Shown: positions 1 to 10,157, numbered from the whole stretch's first letter. The stretch: 63,697 nt of DNA, filler included, from Actinomycetota bacterium (GCA_009886115.1; 6 parts of 6 records of this genome joined end to end with filler, not necessarily neighbours in it), one strand, 5' to 3'. Made by a program: numbers and translations. Notes: generated from the letters alone by a model not told the origin.

Positions 1-51
1 CGTACGCTCGCCGGCCAGGACTGCGTGTCAATCGTGACGGACGGACGGACG

Positions 52-933
52 ATGGGTCGACGAATCGCGTTCCAGGGTGAGCCGGGAGCCAACTCCGACA
101 TGGCCTGTCGGAACATGTTCCCCGAGATGGAACCCCTCCCCTGCCCCACCTTCGAGGACGCCTTCACGGCCGTCGAGTCGGGCGCGGCCGCGCTGGCGAT
201 GATCCCGATCGAGAACTCGATCGCCGGACGGGTCGCCGACATCCACCACCTCCTGCCGCACTCGCAGCTGCACATCGTGGGCGAGAGCTTCCTGCCCATC
301 CACTTCCAGCTCATGGCCCCGAGGGGCGCCACGCTCGAGGGCATCCGCTCGGTCCGCAGCCACATCCACGCGCTCGGCCAGTGCCGCAAGATCGTGAGAC
401 TCCACGGTTGGACGGGCCACGTCGCTGGCGACACTGCCGGCGCGGCCCGCGAGATCGCCGAGCTCGGTGATCTCACCGCGGCGGCATTGGCCCCGCGCAT
501 GGCCGCCGATCTGTACGGGCTCGACATCCTGGCCGAGGACGTGGAGGACGAGCACCACAACACGACCCGGTTCGTCGTGCTCTCGACCGAGCCGGCCGAG
601 CCCCAGGTCGGCAGCGGAACCGTGGTCACGTCGTTCGTGTTCAGGGTGCGCAACGTCGCTGCCGCGCTCTACAAGGCCCTCGGTGGCTTCGCGACGAATG
701 GCGTCAACATCACCAAGCTCGAGAGCTACCAGCTCGGCGGCACGTTCTTCGCAACCCAGTTCTACGCCGAGATCGAGGGGCATCCGCTGGAGCACGACGT
801 GGCGCTGGCGTTCGAGGAGCTGGCGTACTTCTCGGTCGAGCTGCGCTTCCTCGGCACCTATCCGGCGAGCCCCTTCCGGGCCCAGATCGCCGAACCGGCC
901 GAGAACCGCGACCTCCGACCCACCCCCCACTGA
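52..933 (+). CDS. pheA: prephenate dehydratase (PDT + ACT domain)
   Basis: IAFQGEPGANS, PIENSIAG, SHIHALGQC, NTTRF and TKLESY motifs. ATG at 52 preferred over GTG at 25. Confidence 0.93.
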   Translation: MGRRIAFQGEPGANSDMACRNMFPEMEPLPCPTFEDAFTAVESGAAALAMIPIENSIAGRVADIHHLLPHSQLHIVGESFLPIHFQLMAPRGATLEGIRSVRSHIHALGQCRKIVRLHGWTGHVAGDTAGAAREIAELGDLTAAALAPRMAADLYGLDILAEDVEDEHHNTTRFVVLSTEPAEPQVGSGTVVTSFVFRVRNVAAALYKALGGFATNGVNITKLESYQLGGTFFATQFYAEIEGHPLEHDVALAFEELAYFSVELRFLGTYPASPFRAQIAEPAENRDLRPTPH

Positions 934-1058
934 GGCTCCCGCCCGGTCGGCACCAGGGTCGGCACCGCCGAGCAGGAGTGAGAAGTACGGCGCCCAGGGG
1001 GCACAACTGACTCCTGGTCGGGTTGTTGCTCAGTTGCTCAGCCCCTCCTGTGCTGTCC

Positions 1059-1328
1059 TCAGCCGAGACCGGTGGTGCCGTCGCCTTCGACCTCGGAGCC
1101 GGGACGGGGGATCGTGGCGCCTTCCGCGGCGTGCTGGCCGAGCACGCCGAGCAGGCGGGCAACGTCGTCGTCGAGGGTCGAGTCGCCGACGTGCTTGTGG
1201 TACACGGCGAGCCCGAGGTCGCGTGCGGCCTTCTCGATCTCGCGCTTGGTCTGGAACTCGCCGGCCTTGGCCTTGCCCTGCTGGGTGATCGTGGTGGCCT
1301 GCTGCTTGATCTTGTCCATCATTCCCAT
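1059..1328 (-). CDS. small hypothetical protein (helical, Lys/Gln-rich N-terminus)
   Basis: 89-aa ORF MGMMDKIKQQA... with coding-like composition and a GAGGAG RBS upstream. Confidence 0.7.
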   Translation of the reverse strand: MGMMDKIKQQATTITQQGKAKAGEFQTKREIEKAARDLGLAVYHKHVGDSTLDDDVARLLGVLGQHAAEGATIPRPGSEVEGDGTTGLG

Positions 1329-1699
1329 GGGACGCTCCTCACGACACGTGGAGGGTGCTGGTACGGCCCAGCCCTGAACGGGGACCGGTCACACACCGGC
1401 AGTCTGACACCTCGGTTGGCGTGTCGGGCATCGCGATGAGGCCGATCTCAGCCACCGTCGGACGGTCGAGCGGCGCCGATCGATGCCGCGCTGGCCCCGA
1501 CACCGACACCGGCTCCGGCTCCGGCTGCGGCTGCGAGACCCGGCTCAACATTCCCTGACCGGAGGGCCGGCGTTCCCGGTCGGGCCGCTCGCCGTGCGAC
1601 CTGGACGGCCTCCCGTCGCGGTCGAGTCGATGCTCGGCAGGATCGACGTGAGTGTCGAGCCCGGATACCGTCAGGCCGTCGTGGTGAGCGCTCGTCGGT

Positions 1700-2587
1700 G
1701 TGGAGCCGGCGAGCCGGGACTCCGGGGAGGCCCAGGTGGTGGTGGAACAGACGACATCGGTGCTCTGCGGCGGGCTGGTGTTCCCGGAGGGCCCGCGCTG
1801 GCGCGACGACCGCCTCTGGTTCAGCGACATCCGCGGCGGTGCGGTGCTGACGGTCACCCCGGACGGCACGGTGGAGCGGCGCGTCGAAGTGTCGCACCCG
1901 TCCGGGCTCGGCTGGCTCCCCGACGGGCGGCTCCTCGTCGTGGGGATGGAGGACCGTGTGCTGTGGCGCGTCGAGCACGACGGCACACTCGTCGTGCACG
2001 CCGACCTGACCGATCTGGCGCGTTCGGCATGCAACGACATGGTGGTCGACGTCGAGGGCAACGCCTACCTTGGCGGCTACGACCTCCCGATCGGCCACAG
2101 CGTCTCCGACCCTGACCAGGGCAAGCTCATCCTCGTGCGACCCGACGGCAGCGCCGAGATCATCGCCCGCCAGCTGCGATTTCCGAACGGCATGGTCATC
2201 ACCCCCGACGCCACCACGCTCATCCTCGCCGAGAGCGGGGGACGGCGGCTGGTCGCGTTCGACCGTCGCGACGACGCCACGCTCGGCGAGCCCCGGACCT
2301 GGGCGGAGTTGTCGTACCCGCCCGACGGCATCTGCCTCGACGCTGATCACGGGGTGTGGGTGGCCAACCCCATCGGCGACGGCGCGGCGCGCGTGATCGA
2401 GGGCGGCGAGATCACCGACCGGGTGACGACCGGCAGTCCCACGTTGGCCGTCGCCCTCGGCGGACCCGCCCGCACCACGCTGCACCTCGCCACGGCGACT
2501 TCGCCGCGCTTCGAAGAAGCCCAGGCGAACCCCGCCGGCCGGATCGACGTCGTCGAGGTGGCCATCCCCGCCGCCGGGTGGCCGTAG
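1700..2587 (+). CDS. SMP-30/gluconolactonase/LRE family protein
   Basis: FPEGPRW, CNDMVVD, FPNGMVIT and PDGICLD motifs. Start uncertain. Confidence 0.9.
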   Translation: MEPASRDSGEAQVVVEQTTSVLCGGLVFPEGPRWRDDRLWFSDIRGGAVLTVTPDGTVERRVEVSHPSGLGWLPDGRLLVVGMEDRVLWRVEHDGTLVVHADLTDLARSACNDMVVDVEGNAYLGGYDLPIGHSVSDPDQGKLILVRPDGSAEIIARQLRFPNGMVITPDATTLILAESGGRRLVAFDRRDDATLGEPRTWAELSYPPDGICLDADHGVWVANPIGDGAARVIEGGEITDRVTTGSPTLAVALGGPARTTLHLATATSPRFEEAQANPAGRIDVVEVAIPAAGWP

Positions 2588-2810
2588 GGCTGCACCTGAC
2601 CGGTCTTCGTGAAGGCCTCGAGCAAGGCCCCAGAGCGCTCAAGACGGAGAACAGGCGATGGCTGCCGACACGAACGGCATCGATCCTGGCCACATCGTCC
2701 GTTTGCACGCCGGGCGGCACTGATCCGTACCGGGTCGCTTGTCGAGTCGAGCAGTTCGTCGAGGGTGGTGACGGCCTTCACTCGACATCGTTGAACACGA
2801 ACGTGACCGT

Positions 2811-2933
2811 CCCCGACCAGACAGCGTCCAAAACTGGATCGCACGCAATGCTGGGCACACGGCCGCCTACGACGTCCATCCCGCCGAGTGGGAGGCGCGT
2901 CTCGTGTGCTTTCTCGACCACAGCCTCGGCTGA
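2811..2933 (+). pseudogene. C-terminal remnant of an alpha/beta hydrolase
   Basis: Frame reads ...SVQNWIARNAGHTAAYDVHPAEWEARLVCFLDHSLG*, resembling a catalytic-His C-terminus. In-frame stop upstream at 2769 and no N-terminal part. Confidence 0.45.
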
Positions 2934-2982
2934 AGTGAGTCCCTTGGCGACATGATCGGTGCACCCGTGATGTACTGGAGTC

Positions 2983-4110
2983 GTGGACATCGCGGAGCTT
3001 GAATGGATCGCGTGGACGAACCCGATCACCACAGCGTTCGGCAGGGAGGTCGCGGCCTCGGACCTGTCGGGCCGCACCGTGTCCTGTCATCAGCACATTC
3101 TGCCTGGCACCATCGGCATCGTCGGTCCGCTCGTCGAAGCCGGGGCCAGAGTCCGAATGGCGCCATGCAACCCGGATAGCACTGACGACCGTACCGCGAC
3201 GCATCTTGCCTTGATGGGCGTGGAGATCCGTGGCCACGCTGGCATGTCTGCCGTTGAGCTCGCCGACGCGCTGGCGTGGCTGGTGAGCGAGTCAGCCGAT
3301 GCGCTGTGCGACATGGGCGGTGAGTTGATCGTGGCGACGGCGACGGCGGGATACCGGCCCGCCGGTGCCCTTGAGGCCACCACGACTGGGTTGCACCGCT
3401 TGGCCGGCGTCGATATCCCATTCCCAGTCTTGGACTGGAACGGGATCGCGCTCAAGGATCTCGTGCACAATCGGCATCATGTCGGCGCCGAGACGTGGCC
3501 GGCGTTCACGGCGATCACAAATCTGTCGCTGTACGGCCGCGAGATCGTGGTGGTCGGGTTCGGCCCTGTCGGTCAGGGCGTTGCCCTGCGCGCCCGCGAC
3601 CTGGGCGCCAACGTCACGGTTGTCGACCTCGACCCGGTTCGGTTGGTCCAGGCGCAGCATCACGGCTGCCGCGTCGCCGACTTCGATGATGCCGTTCGGA
3701 GAGCGAGCGTGATTGTCACCGCGACCGGTTTCGATGGCGTGGTGGGAGCGGCACAGATCGAGCGCCTCGCCGACGGCGCGATCCTCATGAACGTCGGTCA
3801 CAGCCATCGTGAGATCGACGTCGACTGGCTGAATCAGCACCCCCACACCGACCTGCGTCGACATCTCGAACGGTATGAGGTGAACGGCCGACGCGTGCAT
3901 CTGCTCAACCGGGGCAGCCTCGTGAACCTGGCGGCCGGTCTGGGCAGTGGCGCTCCGCAGCTCTTCGATCCCTTCTCGGCGATCATGCTGCTCGGTCTCG
4001 ACGCGATCCTCCAGGGCCGAATCGCTGGCCTGTCCGCCGGTGTGCAGCGGTACCCCACCGAACTCGAGACCAGAGTCGCTCGCTCTCTCATCGACACCAC
4101 CTCCGACTGA
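2983..4110 (+). CDS. adenosylhomocysteinase-like (AhcY family) protein, divergent
   Basis: DMGGEL, EATTTG, GFGPVGQG (NAD-binding), VTATG, NVGH and VNLAAG follow the SAH hydrolase motif order. GGAG RBS before GTG. Confidence 0.85.
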   Translation: MDIAELEWIAWTNPITTAFGREVAASDLSGRTVSCHQHILPGTIGIVGPLVEAGARVRMAPCNPDSTDDRTATHLALMGVEIRGHAGMSAVELADALAWLVSESADALCDMGGELIVATATAGYRPAGALEATTTGLHRLAGVDIPFPVLDWNGIALKDLVHNRHHVGAETWPAFTAITNLSLYGREIVVVGFGPVGQGVALRARDLGANVTVVDLDPVRLVQAQHHGCRVADFDDAVRRASVIVTATGFDGVVGAAQIERLADGAILMNVGHSHREIDVDWLNQHPHTDLRRHLERYEVNGRRVHLLNRGSLVNLAAGLGSGAPQLFDPFSAIMLLGLDAILQGRIAGLSAGVQRYPTELETRVARSLIDTTSD

Positions 4111-4381
4111 GGCGACGCGAGGACGAGGATCGGTCGCTCTGGAGGGTTCGACCCGACGGATGCGGCGACCCGCCGATGGGCGCCGTGGGCTGCAGGCCAG
4201 CACGAACTCGATAGCGCCGATCTGCCGTGATGCGCTACCTGACCACCTTGACGTACCCGCACAGATCAGCTCCCGGAGCCGATCGGGGTCGATCGCGTCC
4301 ACAGCACTTCCGAGCTCGATGAACAGGCGGTCCTCTCGGCGGTCAATGGCGAACTTCCCGACTCCGTGTACCGTTACCCGA

Positions 4382-4798
4382 GTGCGGACAGAACAAATTG
4401 AGGACTTCGCCACTCGGTACACGGCAGCGTGGTGTTCTCACGACGCAAGTGCGGTCGCAGGCTTCTTCGCAACCGACGGATCGATCGCTGTGAACGGTGG
4501 CGACCCAGCGGTTGGCAGAGTCGCTATCGCCGAGCTCGTTCAGGGGTTCTACGATGCGTTCCCCGACACCGTGGTGATCATGGACGCGGTTCGCGGAGCA
4601 GGCGATGTCGCGGTGTACCTCTGGACCTATGAGGGCACCAACACCGGCGCCGGGGGTACCGGTCACGCCGTCAGATTCAGAGGTTGGGAGGCTTGGACCT
4701 TCTCCGAAGACGGCCTTGTGGCCAACTCCGTTGGGACCTTCGACGCCGAGGAATACGAGCGCCAGCTCGCCGAGGAGTCTGAACCCAGTCATCCCTGA
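4382..4798 (+). CDS. SnoaL-like / NTF2-fold protein (ester cyclase-like)
   Basis: RYTAAWCSHD, FYDAFPD, WTYEGTNTG and GWEAW motifs. GTG start at 4382 inferred inside the longer ORF. Confidence 0.8.
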   Translation: MRTEQIEDFATRYTAAWCSHDASAVAGFFATDGSIAVNGGDPAVGRVAIAELVQGFYDAFPDTVVIMDAVRGAGDVAVYLWTYEGTNTGAGGTGHAVRFRGWEAWTFSEDGLVANSVGTFDAEEYERQLAEESEPSHP

Positions 4799-5173
4799 GG
4801 TGCCGTTGGCGAGCGCCTTGTCGGCGATAGGCGAGGGTCGAGCCGTCCGGCGGCGATGCCCGCGATGGCTCAACCTGTCGATGTAGCCGGGGTTGTTGGG
4901 TCGGAGATACGCCTTGACGTTGAACGTCACCCGTCCGCGAGCAACATGTCGACGCTCATCGTGTACTCGCCGTCGCGCTCGAAGGGCGACAGACGGGCGC
5001 GCCCTCTGGCCACCGATCCTGCGGGGTAGGTCGACGAGTGCCTGGTTCGCTTACCACCGGCGGGTGCTCCCCGTGATCTGCTACGTCGCTGTCTGAGGCG
5101 TCACCGACGCCGGGGGAAGAAATTTCGGCGACGGTGAGCAGCCGTGTTAACGAATCTCCTCAGCGGGAGCCCT

Positions 5174-5659
5174 ATGAGGGTGATGATGGGCGATATGAGG
5201 GATCAGGACCGGGTGGAGAGGGTGTACCGCTCCGTGCACCCCCGCCTCTGGCGCGCGCTGCTGTCGTACACGGGTGACGCCGAGCTCGCGAGCGACGCCG
5301 AGGCCGAGGCCTTCGCCCAGGTCCTGCGGCGGGGCGCCGCCGTCGACGATGTCGCCGCGTGGGTGTGGCGCAGCGCGTTCCGCATCGCCTCGGGCCTGCT
5401 GGCGGCGAGGTCGCACCCCGACGATGCCCGGTCGGCGGAGTGCTCCACATCACCGACCGGTTCCGTCGCCGAGTTCTTGGGCCTGTTGGCCGACCTGTCC
5501 CCGCAACAGCGGGCCTGCGTCGTGCTGCGTTACGTCGGCCAGTACACCTCACCCGAAATCGGCGAGCTGCTCGGGACCAGTGCGGGCACCGTGCGGGTGC
5601 AGCTGCATCGGGCCCACGCCGCGTTGCGCCACACGATCAGGGAGGCTGAGCATGCGTGA
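5174..5659 (+). CDS. ECF-type RNA polymerase sigma-70 factor
   Basis: Region-2-like AEAEAFAQ...WVWRSA and region-4 LSPQQRACVVLRY...EIGELLGTSAGTVRVQLHRA. Start could be any of several nearby ATGs. Confidence 0.85.
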   Translation: MRVMMGDMRDQDRVERVYRSVHPRLWRALLSYTGDAELASDAEAEAFAQVLRRGAAVDDVAAWVWRSAFRIASGLLAARSHPDDARSAECSTSPTGSVAEFLGLLADLSPQQRACVVLRYVGQYTSPEIGELLGTSAGTVRVQLHRAHAALRHTIREAEHA

Positions 5660-6439
5660 CGACTTCGACTCCGTGGTGGCGGACCGATTCAAGGTTCTCG
5701 ACCACGTGACCGTCCCGGACACATGGTCACGCGTTCAGCGCAAGGTTCTCGACCACATGCCTGCCCCTCACACATGGTCGCCCGTTCAGTTCACCGAGGA
5801 GGAGGTAGTGATCATGATCGATCTCGAGGCTACGGACCCAACCGAAACCCGCCAGAAGAAGCCAATGCGGGTCCTGGTCGCCGCAGCCATCGTTGCCCTC
5901 ATCGGAGTCGCCGGCATCGCACTCGTCAACAACACCGACGACGATCGGTCTCCGGCGCCCGCGGCAGCAACCACCGTCGCACCGACCACCGACGCACCCC
6001 GCCGGGAGACCGGTGTCGGCGAGAATCTGACGTACGCCGTGCCGGATGGCTGGGAAAACACCGGCTATGGGGTGGTCAAGGGGGACCCAGCGATCGGGAT
6101 GACCATCGTCTACGCAACCGGCAGCTTCCACACCAGCTATTGCGTTGCGACGGGTGCGGATGCGTACTCGACGGGTAGCGGCCGAGCCAGGTCGGTGTCG
6201 CACGGCGACCCGGTCGGCCCGACCGTTGACGACCTCGTCTCGGCGTGGGCCGACCTGCCTGGTGTCGACGCCACCGCGGCGAGGGACGTCACTATCGACG
6301 GGTTTGACGGAAAGCAGATCGAGTTCACGGTCCCCGACTACGACGCCGGGGACTGCAACGGATTGTTTGGCTTCTGTGCCTATGGTGAATGGACTTATTG
6401 CGAGAGCTATTTGCGGGACAAAGACTTCCCTGTCGGTGA
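5652..6439 (+). CDS. single-pass membrane protein, putative anti-sigma partner (truncated by contig end)
   Basis: ATG overlaps the sigma stop (ATGCGTGA). TM segment VLVAAAIVALIGVAGIALV, then a Thr/Pro/Ala linker and extracellular domain running into the linker. Confidence 0.7.
5690..5791 (+). repeat. 51-bp in-frame tandem duplication
   Basis: CAAGGTTCTCGACCAC...ACATGGTC...CGTTCAG at 5690 and 5741, encoding KVLDHVTVPDTWSRVQR / KVLDHMPAPHTWSPVQF. Confidence 0.85.
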
Positions 6440-6539
6440 NNNNNNNNNNNNNNNNNNNNNNNNNNNNNNNNNNNNNNNNNNNNTTAATTAATTAANNNNN
6501 NNNNNNNNNNNNNNNNNNNNNNNNNNNNNNNNNNNNNNN
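6440..6539. other. artificial scaffold linker (contig junction)
   Basis: N-run + TTAATTAATTAA + N-run, 100 nt, stops in all six frames. Confidence 0.99.
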
Positions 6540-6599
6540 CTCGCCAACCTCGCCAACCTCGCCAACCTCGCCAACCTCGCCAACCTCGCCAACCTCGCC
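6540..6599 (+). repeat. 9-bp tandem repeat (CTCGCCAAC)x6+ at contig edge
   Basis: Read directly from the sequence. Confidence 0.95.
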
Positions 6600-6603
6600 G
6601 GAT

Positions 6604-7408
6604 GTGGTCGACGGCTCGGCCGAGGCGGGCATCGGGCTGGCGACGATGCTGTCGATCTATCACCGGGCGCCCAGCATCATGGCGATGACCGCAGCCACGC
6701 TGGCCTCCAGCTTCCCCGGCCAGGTCACGATCGCGCTCGGGGCGTCATCCCCGCTGCTCGTCGAGACGTGGAACGGCATCCCCTTCGACCGTCCCGTGGC
6801 TCGCACCCGCGATCTGCTGCGATTCCTGAGGGCTGTGTTGGCCGGCGAGAAGGCCGCTGGACCCTTCGAGACCTTTGTCAGCAAGGGTTTCCGGCTGACG
6901 AGCCGCCCTGCGGTGCCGCCGAGGCTGCTCGTTGCCGCAGCCGGCCCCCAGATGCTCGCCCTGGCTGTGAACGAGGCCGACGGCGTCTTGCTCAACTGGT
7001 GCGCCGCCGACGATCTCGACCGCATGCCACTGCCCGACGATCGGTCGCGGGTGAGCGTGTTCGTGAACGTCTGTGCCGAGCCCGACCCGGTGGCCGCTCG
7101 AGCGATCGCCCGTCCCCTGCTCGGCGCGTACCTGCCGGCACCGGCCTATGCCGGGCACCAGGTGCGGATGGGTCGCGGCGAGCTGCTCGCGCCGATGTGG
7201 GAGCTGGCTGCCAAGGGCGATTGGGCCGGAGCGACCGCCGCCGTCCCCGACGAGGCGATCGACGCCCTGATCGTGCACGGCTCGCCAGCCGAGTGTCGGC
7301 AGCGACTCGCCGCCATGGTCACGGAGTCGGGCGTGCGTCCGATCGTGCTCGCGCTCGGCCCCCCCCGATCGGACTCTCGAGCTGATGCGAGCGCTCGGCC
7401 CCGGCTGA
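6604..7408 (+). pseudogene. LLM-class flavin-dependent oxidoreductase, 5'-incomplete, with apparent +1 frameshift in a C8 run
   Basis: IALGASSP...WNG, AAAGPQMLALA...ADGVLLNW and VHGSPAECR motifs. Removing one C from 7359-7366 gives ...GPPDRTLELMRALGPG* ending at 7408. Confidence 0.75.
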
Positions 7409-7445
7409 CCCTCCCCACCCGTGCGGCCCCACCTCAAAACACCCC

Positions 7446-7492
7446 AAATTTGTGCAGAAAACGTCGCCCAGCGACGTTTTCTGCACAAATTT
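7446..7492. repeat. REP-like palindrome family A, copy 1
   Basis: Perfect 22-bp inverted repeat AAATTTGTGCAGAAAACGTCGC-cca-GCGACGTTTTCTGCACAAATTT between convergent genes. Near-identical copy at 61541-61591. Confidence 0.92.
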
Positions 7493-7509
7493 CGTGGGGT
7501 GGGCTCGGG

Positions 7510-8496
7510 TCAGCGGCCAGCGAGGGCGGCGACGAGGGGAGCCAGGGCCTCCAGGTCGTTGGGGTACATGCCCGCGTCGAGCTGGAGCCAACTGAGACCC
7601 AAGGCCTCGCGTCGGGCCTCGAGCGTGTCGACACAGCGGCCCAGCGGGCCCACGAGCACGCCGGGCGACGCGGCCAGCATCGCGGGATCGACCTCGAAGC
7701 GGCGGGCCATGCGGTCGAGCAGAGCATCGGCATCGGCGTCGGTGTCGGTCACGCGTACCAGCCAGTGGTTCATCTCGAACACGATGTCGTCGGGGCTCCG
7801 GCCGGCTGCAGAGGCGGCGTCGCGTACCCAGCCGACCTTCTCGGCCACACGTTCGGCCGTGAGGTCGACCATGGCGTGACGGCCGAGGTGCCCGGAGGTG
7901 AGGCTGGCGTTGATCCCCACGACGTCGGCCTCGCGTCCGGCGAGACGCAGCACGCGGGGGCTGCCACCGCCGAGGAACAGCAACGGCCGAGGGGTCGAGG
8001 CCGGCTTGGGGAGCCCGTCGAGCCCGTCGATGCGGTAGTGGTCGCCAGCGAAGCTGAACGGCTCGGAACCGAAGAGCCCCTTGATGATCGTGATCGTCTC
8101 GGCCAGCCGGCCGATGCGCACGCCCGGGGGGTCGAGTGCCATCCCTCCGGCTTCGTAGTCGCTGGTCATCCAGCCGGCGCCGAGCCCGAGCACGAACCGT
8201 CCGCCCGAGAGCACGTCGAGCAGCGCGGCCATCCGGTGCACCAACACGGGATGGCGATAGTCGTTGCCCAGAACGCCCGTGACCAGCCGCAGCTCGGACG
8301 TGACCATGGCCGCCGCGGTCAAGGCCACCATGGGCTCCGCGACATAGCCGTCGGTGAAGTGGTCGGCTACCACGCCGGCGTGGAATCCCATGTCCTCGAT
8401 GCGCCGCACGGCGTCGGTCCATGCCGCAATGTCGGAGAGGTCGGTCGGCAGCGAGACGGCGAACCGGAACGGATGTCGAGTGGCGAGCGGGCTCAT
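7510..8496 (-). CDS. LLM-class F420-dependent oxidoreductase (TIGR03621-like)
   Basis: PFRFAV, ADHF, NDYRHP, LGLGAGW..DY and GGGSPRVLRLAGREADVVG motifs. Confidence 0.9.
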   Translation of the reverse strand: MSPLATRHPFRFAVSLPTDLSDIAAWTDAVRRIEDMGFHAGVVADHFTDGYVAEPMVALTAAAMVTSELRLVTGVLGNDYRHPVLVHRMAALLDVLSGGRFVLGLGAGWMTSDYEAGGMALDPPGVRIGRLAETITIIKGLFGSEPFSFAGDHYRIDGLDGLPKPASTPRPLLFLGGGSPRVLRLAGREADVVGINASLTSGHLGRHAMVDLTAERVAEKVGWVRDAASAAGRSPDDIVFEMNHWLVRVTDTDADADALLDRMARRFEVDPAMLAASPGVLVGPLGRCVDTLEARREALGLSWLQLDAGMYPNDLEALAPLVAALAGR

Positions 8497-8807
8497 CGGA
8501 CGGTCGGCTCCTTCGGGGGGCCCAAGACCTGCTCGCCCAAGATGTTGCGTTGCACGTGAGCCGTGCCGGCATGGATGGTGCCGGCCTGCGCGTTGTAGCG
8601 GGCGCCCAGCCAGGAGTTCAGGGAGTCGGGAGAGTTGGAGGAGTTGGGGGAGTTGGGGGCTGACGGGTCGTCGGTACGGACGAAGCGCTCGAGCTCGTCA
8701 CCGTCGAGCGCGCCGACGCCCGTCCACGCCGATCGGAGGTGCTCGGCGAGGAAGGCCCGCACCTCCGATCGGAAGGCCTCGGCGGCGGGCGAGTGGCGCG
8801 GGTCCAT
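8493..8807 (-). pseudogene. internally deleted acyl-CoA dehydrogenase
   Basis: N-terminus MDPRHSPAAEAFRSEVRAFLAEHL is joined via an NSP-type repeat to the C-terminus GTIHAGTAHVQRNILGEQVLG. Only 104 aa. Confidence 0.8.
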
Positions 8808-9001
8808 CAGCTGCTCCAACCGGTCGACCGGGTATCGGCGCGCGCCGCAGTGGCGCTGATTCCTGCGGCGTGGGCCCCGTACGACATCCGTGCCTCCCGC
8901 CGCAGCCGTTCCCCGATCCCGGGCCTGATTGTGCTGCACTGTCACCAGAGTGGTCGCAACGCGGCCCGGAGCCGCCAACGGGTACGCGAGGGGGATCGCG
9001 A

Positions 9002-10153
9002 GTGGACTTCGGCCTGAGCGACGAGCAGATGCTGTTGCGAGACACGGCGCGGAGCTTCGTCGAGCGCGTGTGCCCCCCCGAGGTGGCCAAGGACTGGGAC
9101 GACACCCACACCACACCGCCCGAGCTGTTCAGCGGCATGGCCGAGCTGGGATGGTTCGGGATGCCGTTTCCCGAGGCGCTCGGCGGCGGCGGTGGCGACG
9201 TGGTCGATCTGGTCGTCATCGCCGAGGAGCTGGGCCGGGCCAGCCTCGACGTGGCCATGTGCTACTCGGGAACGCTGATCGGCGGGTTGCTGCTCGCCCG
9301 ATGGGGCAGCCCCGGGCAGCAGTCGGGGATGTTGACCGACATCATGAACGGCAAGGCCCGCTTGGCGATCGGCATGTCGGAACCCGACGCCGGGTCTGAT
9401 GCCGCCGCGTTGCGCACGTCGGCCGTCCCCCACGACGGCGGCTTCCTCGTGAACGGCCAGAAGATGTGGTGCACGGGCGCGGGGGTGCCGGCCACCACGA
9501 TCGCGACCTACGTGCGCACCGACCGCGATGCGCCCAAGCACCAGGGCCTGAGCCTGCTGCTCATCGACCCGACGTCGGACGGGGTCGAGCTGCGACGCAT
9601 CCCCACGCTGGCCCGGCACATCCTCGGAACCTACGAAGTGTTCCTCCGCGACGTGGTCGTGCCCTCGGATGCTCTCGTCGGACCGCGCAACGGCGGCTGG
9701 CAGGTGATGCTGTCCGGGCTCGAGATCGAGCGGGTGCTGATGTGCGGCGGCTACGTCGGAGCCGCCCAGGCCACGTTCGACGAGGCGCTCGCGTACTCGA
9801 AGGCGCGCGAGCAGTTCGGCCGACCGGTCGGTACGTTCCAGGCCATTGCCCACGATCTCGCCGACCTCCAGACCGAGATCGATGCCGCTCGCCTCCTGGC
9901 CTACCGGGCCGCGTGGTTGCTCTCGCAAGGCCGCGACTGCTCCCGGGAGGGCGCCATGGCCAAGCTGAAGTGCTCGGAGACCTATGTGGCGGCGGCCCGT
10001 CTGGGGATGCAGATCCTGGCCGGGCACGGCTTCGCGACCGAGAGCGTGATGAGCTTCCGGTGGCGCGAGTCGATCGTGGCGACGATCTCGGCCGGCACCA
10101 GCCAGATCCAACGCAACGGCATCGCCCGCTCGATGGGCCTGCGCACCTACTGA
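9002..10153 (+). CDS. acyl-CoA dehydrogenase
   Basis: [31 protein letters not shown] and GTSQIQRN motifs. Confidence 0.95.
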   Translation: MDFGLSDEQMLLRDTARSFVERVCPPEVAKDWDDTHTTPPELFSGMAELGWFGMPFPEALGGGGGDVVDLVVIAEELGRASLDVAMCYSGTLIGGLLLARWGSPGQQSGMLTDIMNGKARLAIGMSEPDAGSDAAALRTSAVPHDGGFLVNGQKMWCTGAGVPATTIATYVRTDRDAPKHQGLSLLLIDPTSDGVELRRIPTLARHILGTYEVFLRDVVVPSDALVGPRNGGWQVMLSGLEIERVLMCGGYVGAAQATFDEALAYSKAREQFGRPVGTFQAIAHDLADLQTEIDAARLLAYRAAWLLSQGRDCSREGAMAKLKCSETYVAAARLGMQILAGHGFATESVMSFRWRESIVATISAGTSQIQRNGIARSMGLRTY

Positions 10154-10157
10154 AAGC

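Noticed and set aside
2588..2982. SAH or SAM riboswitch upstream of the AhcY-like gene
   Set aside because: I could not recognise a consensus, and part of the gap is explained by a hydrolase remnant. An Rfam scan would settle it.
4111..4345. Possible minus-strand gene remnant (...AVDAIDPDRLRELI...)
   Set aside because: Too short and degenerate to assign.
6440..6539. TTAATTAATTAA motif recurring five times within N-runs
   Set aside because: It is an artificial contig linker, not biology. Neighbourhoods across it were not interpreted.
6604..8559. 651-aa ORF as a fusion protein
   Set aside because: The part after about 7366 is read-through antisense to a real LLM gene.
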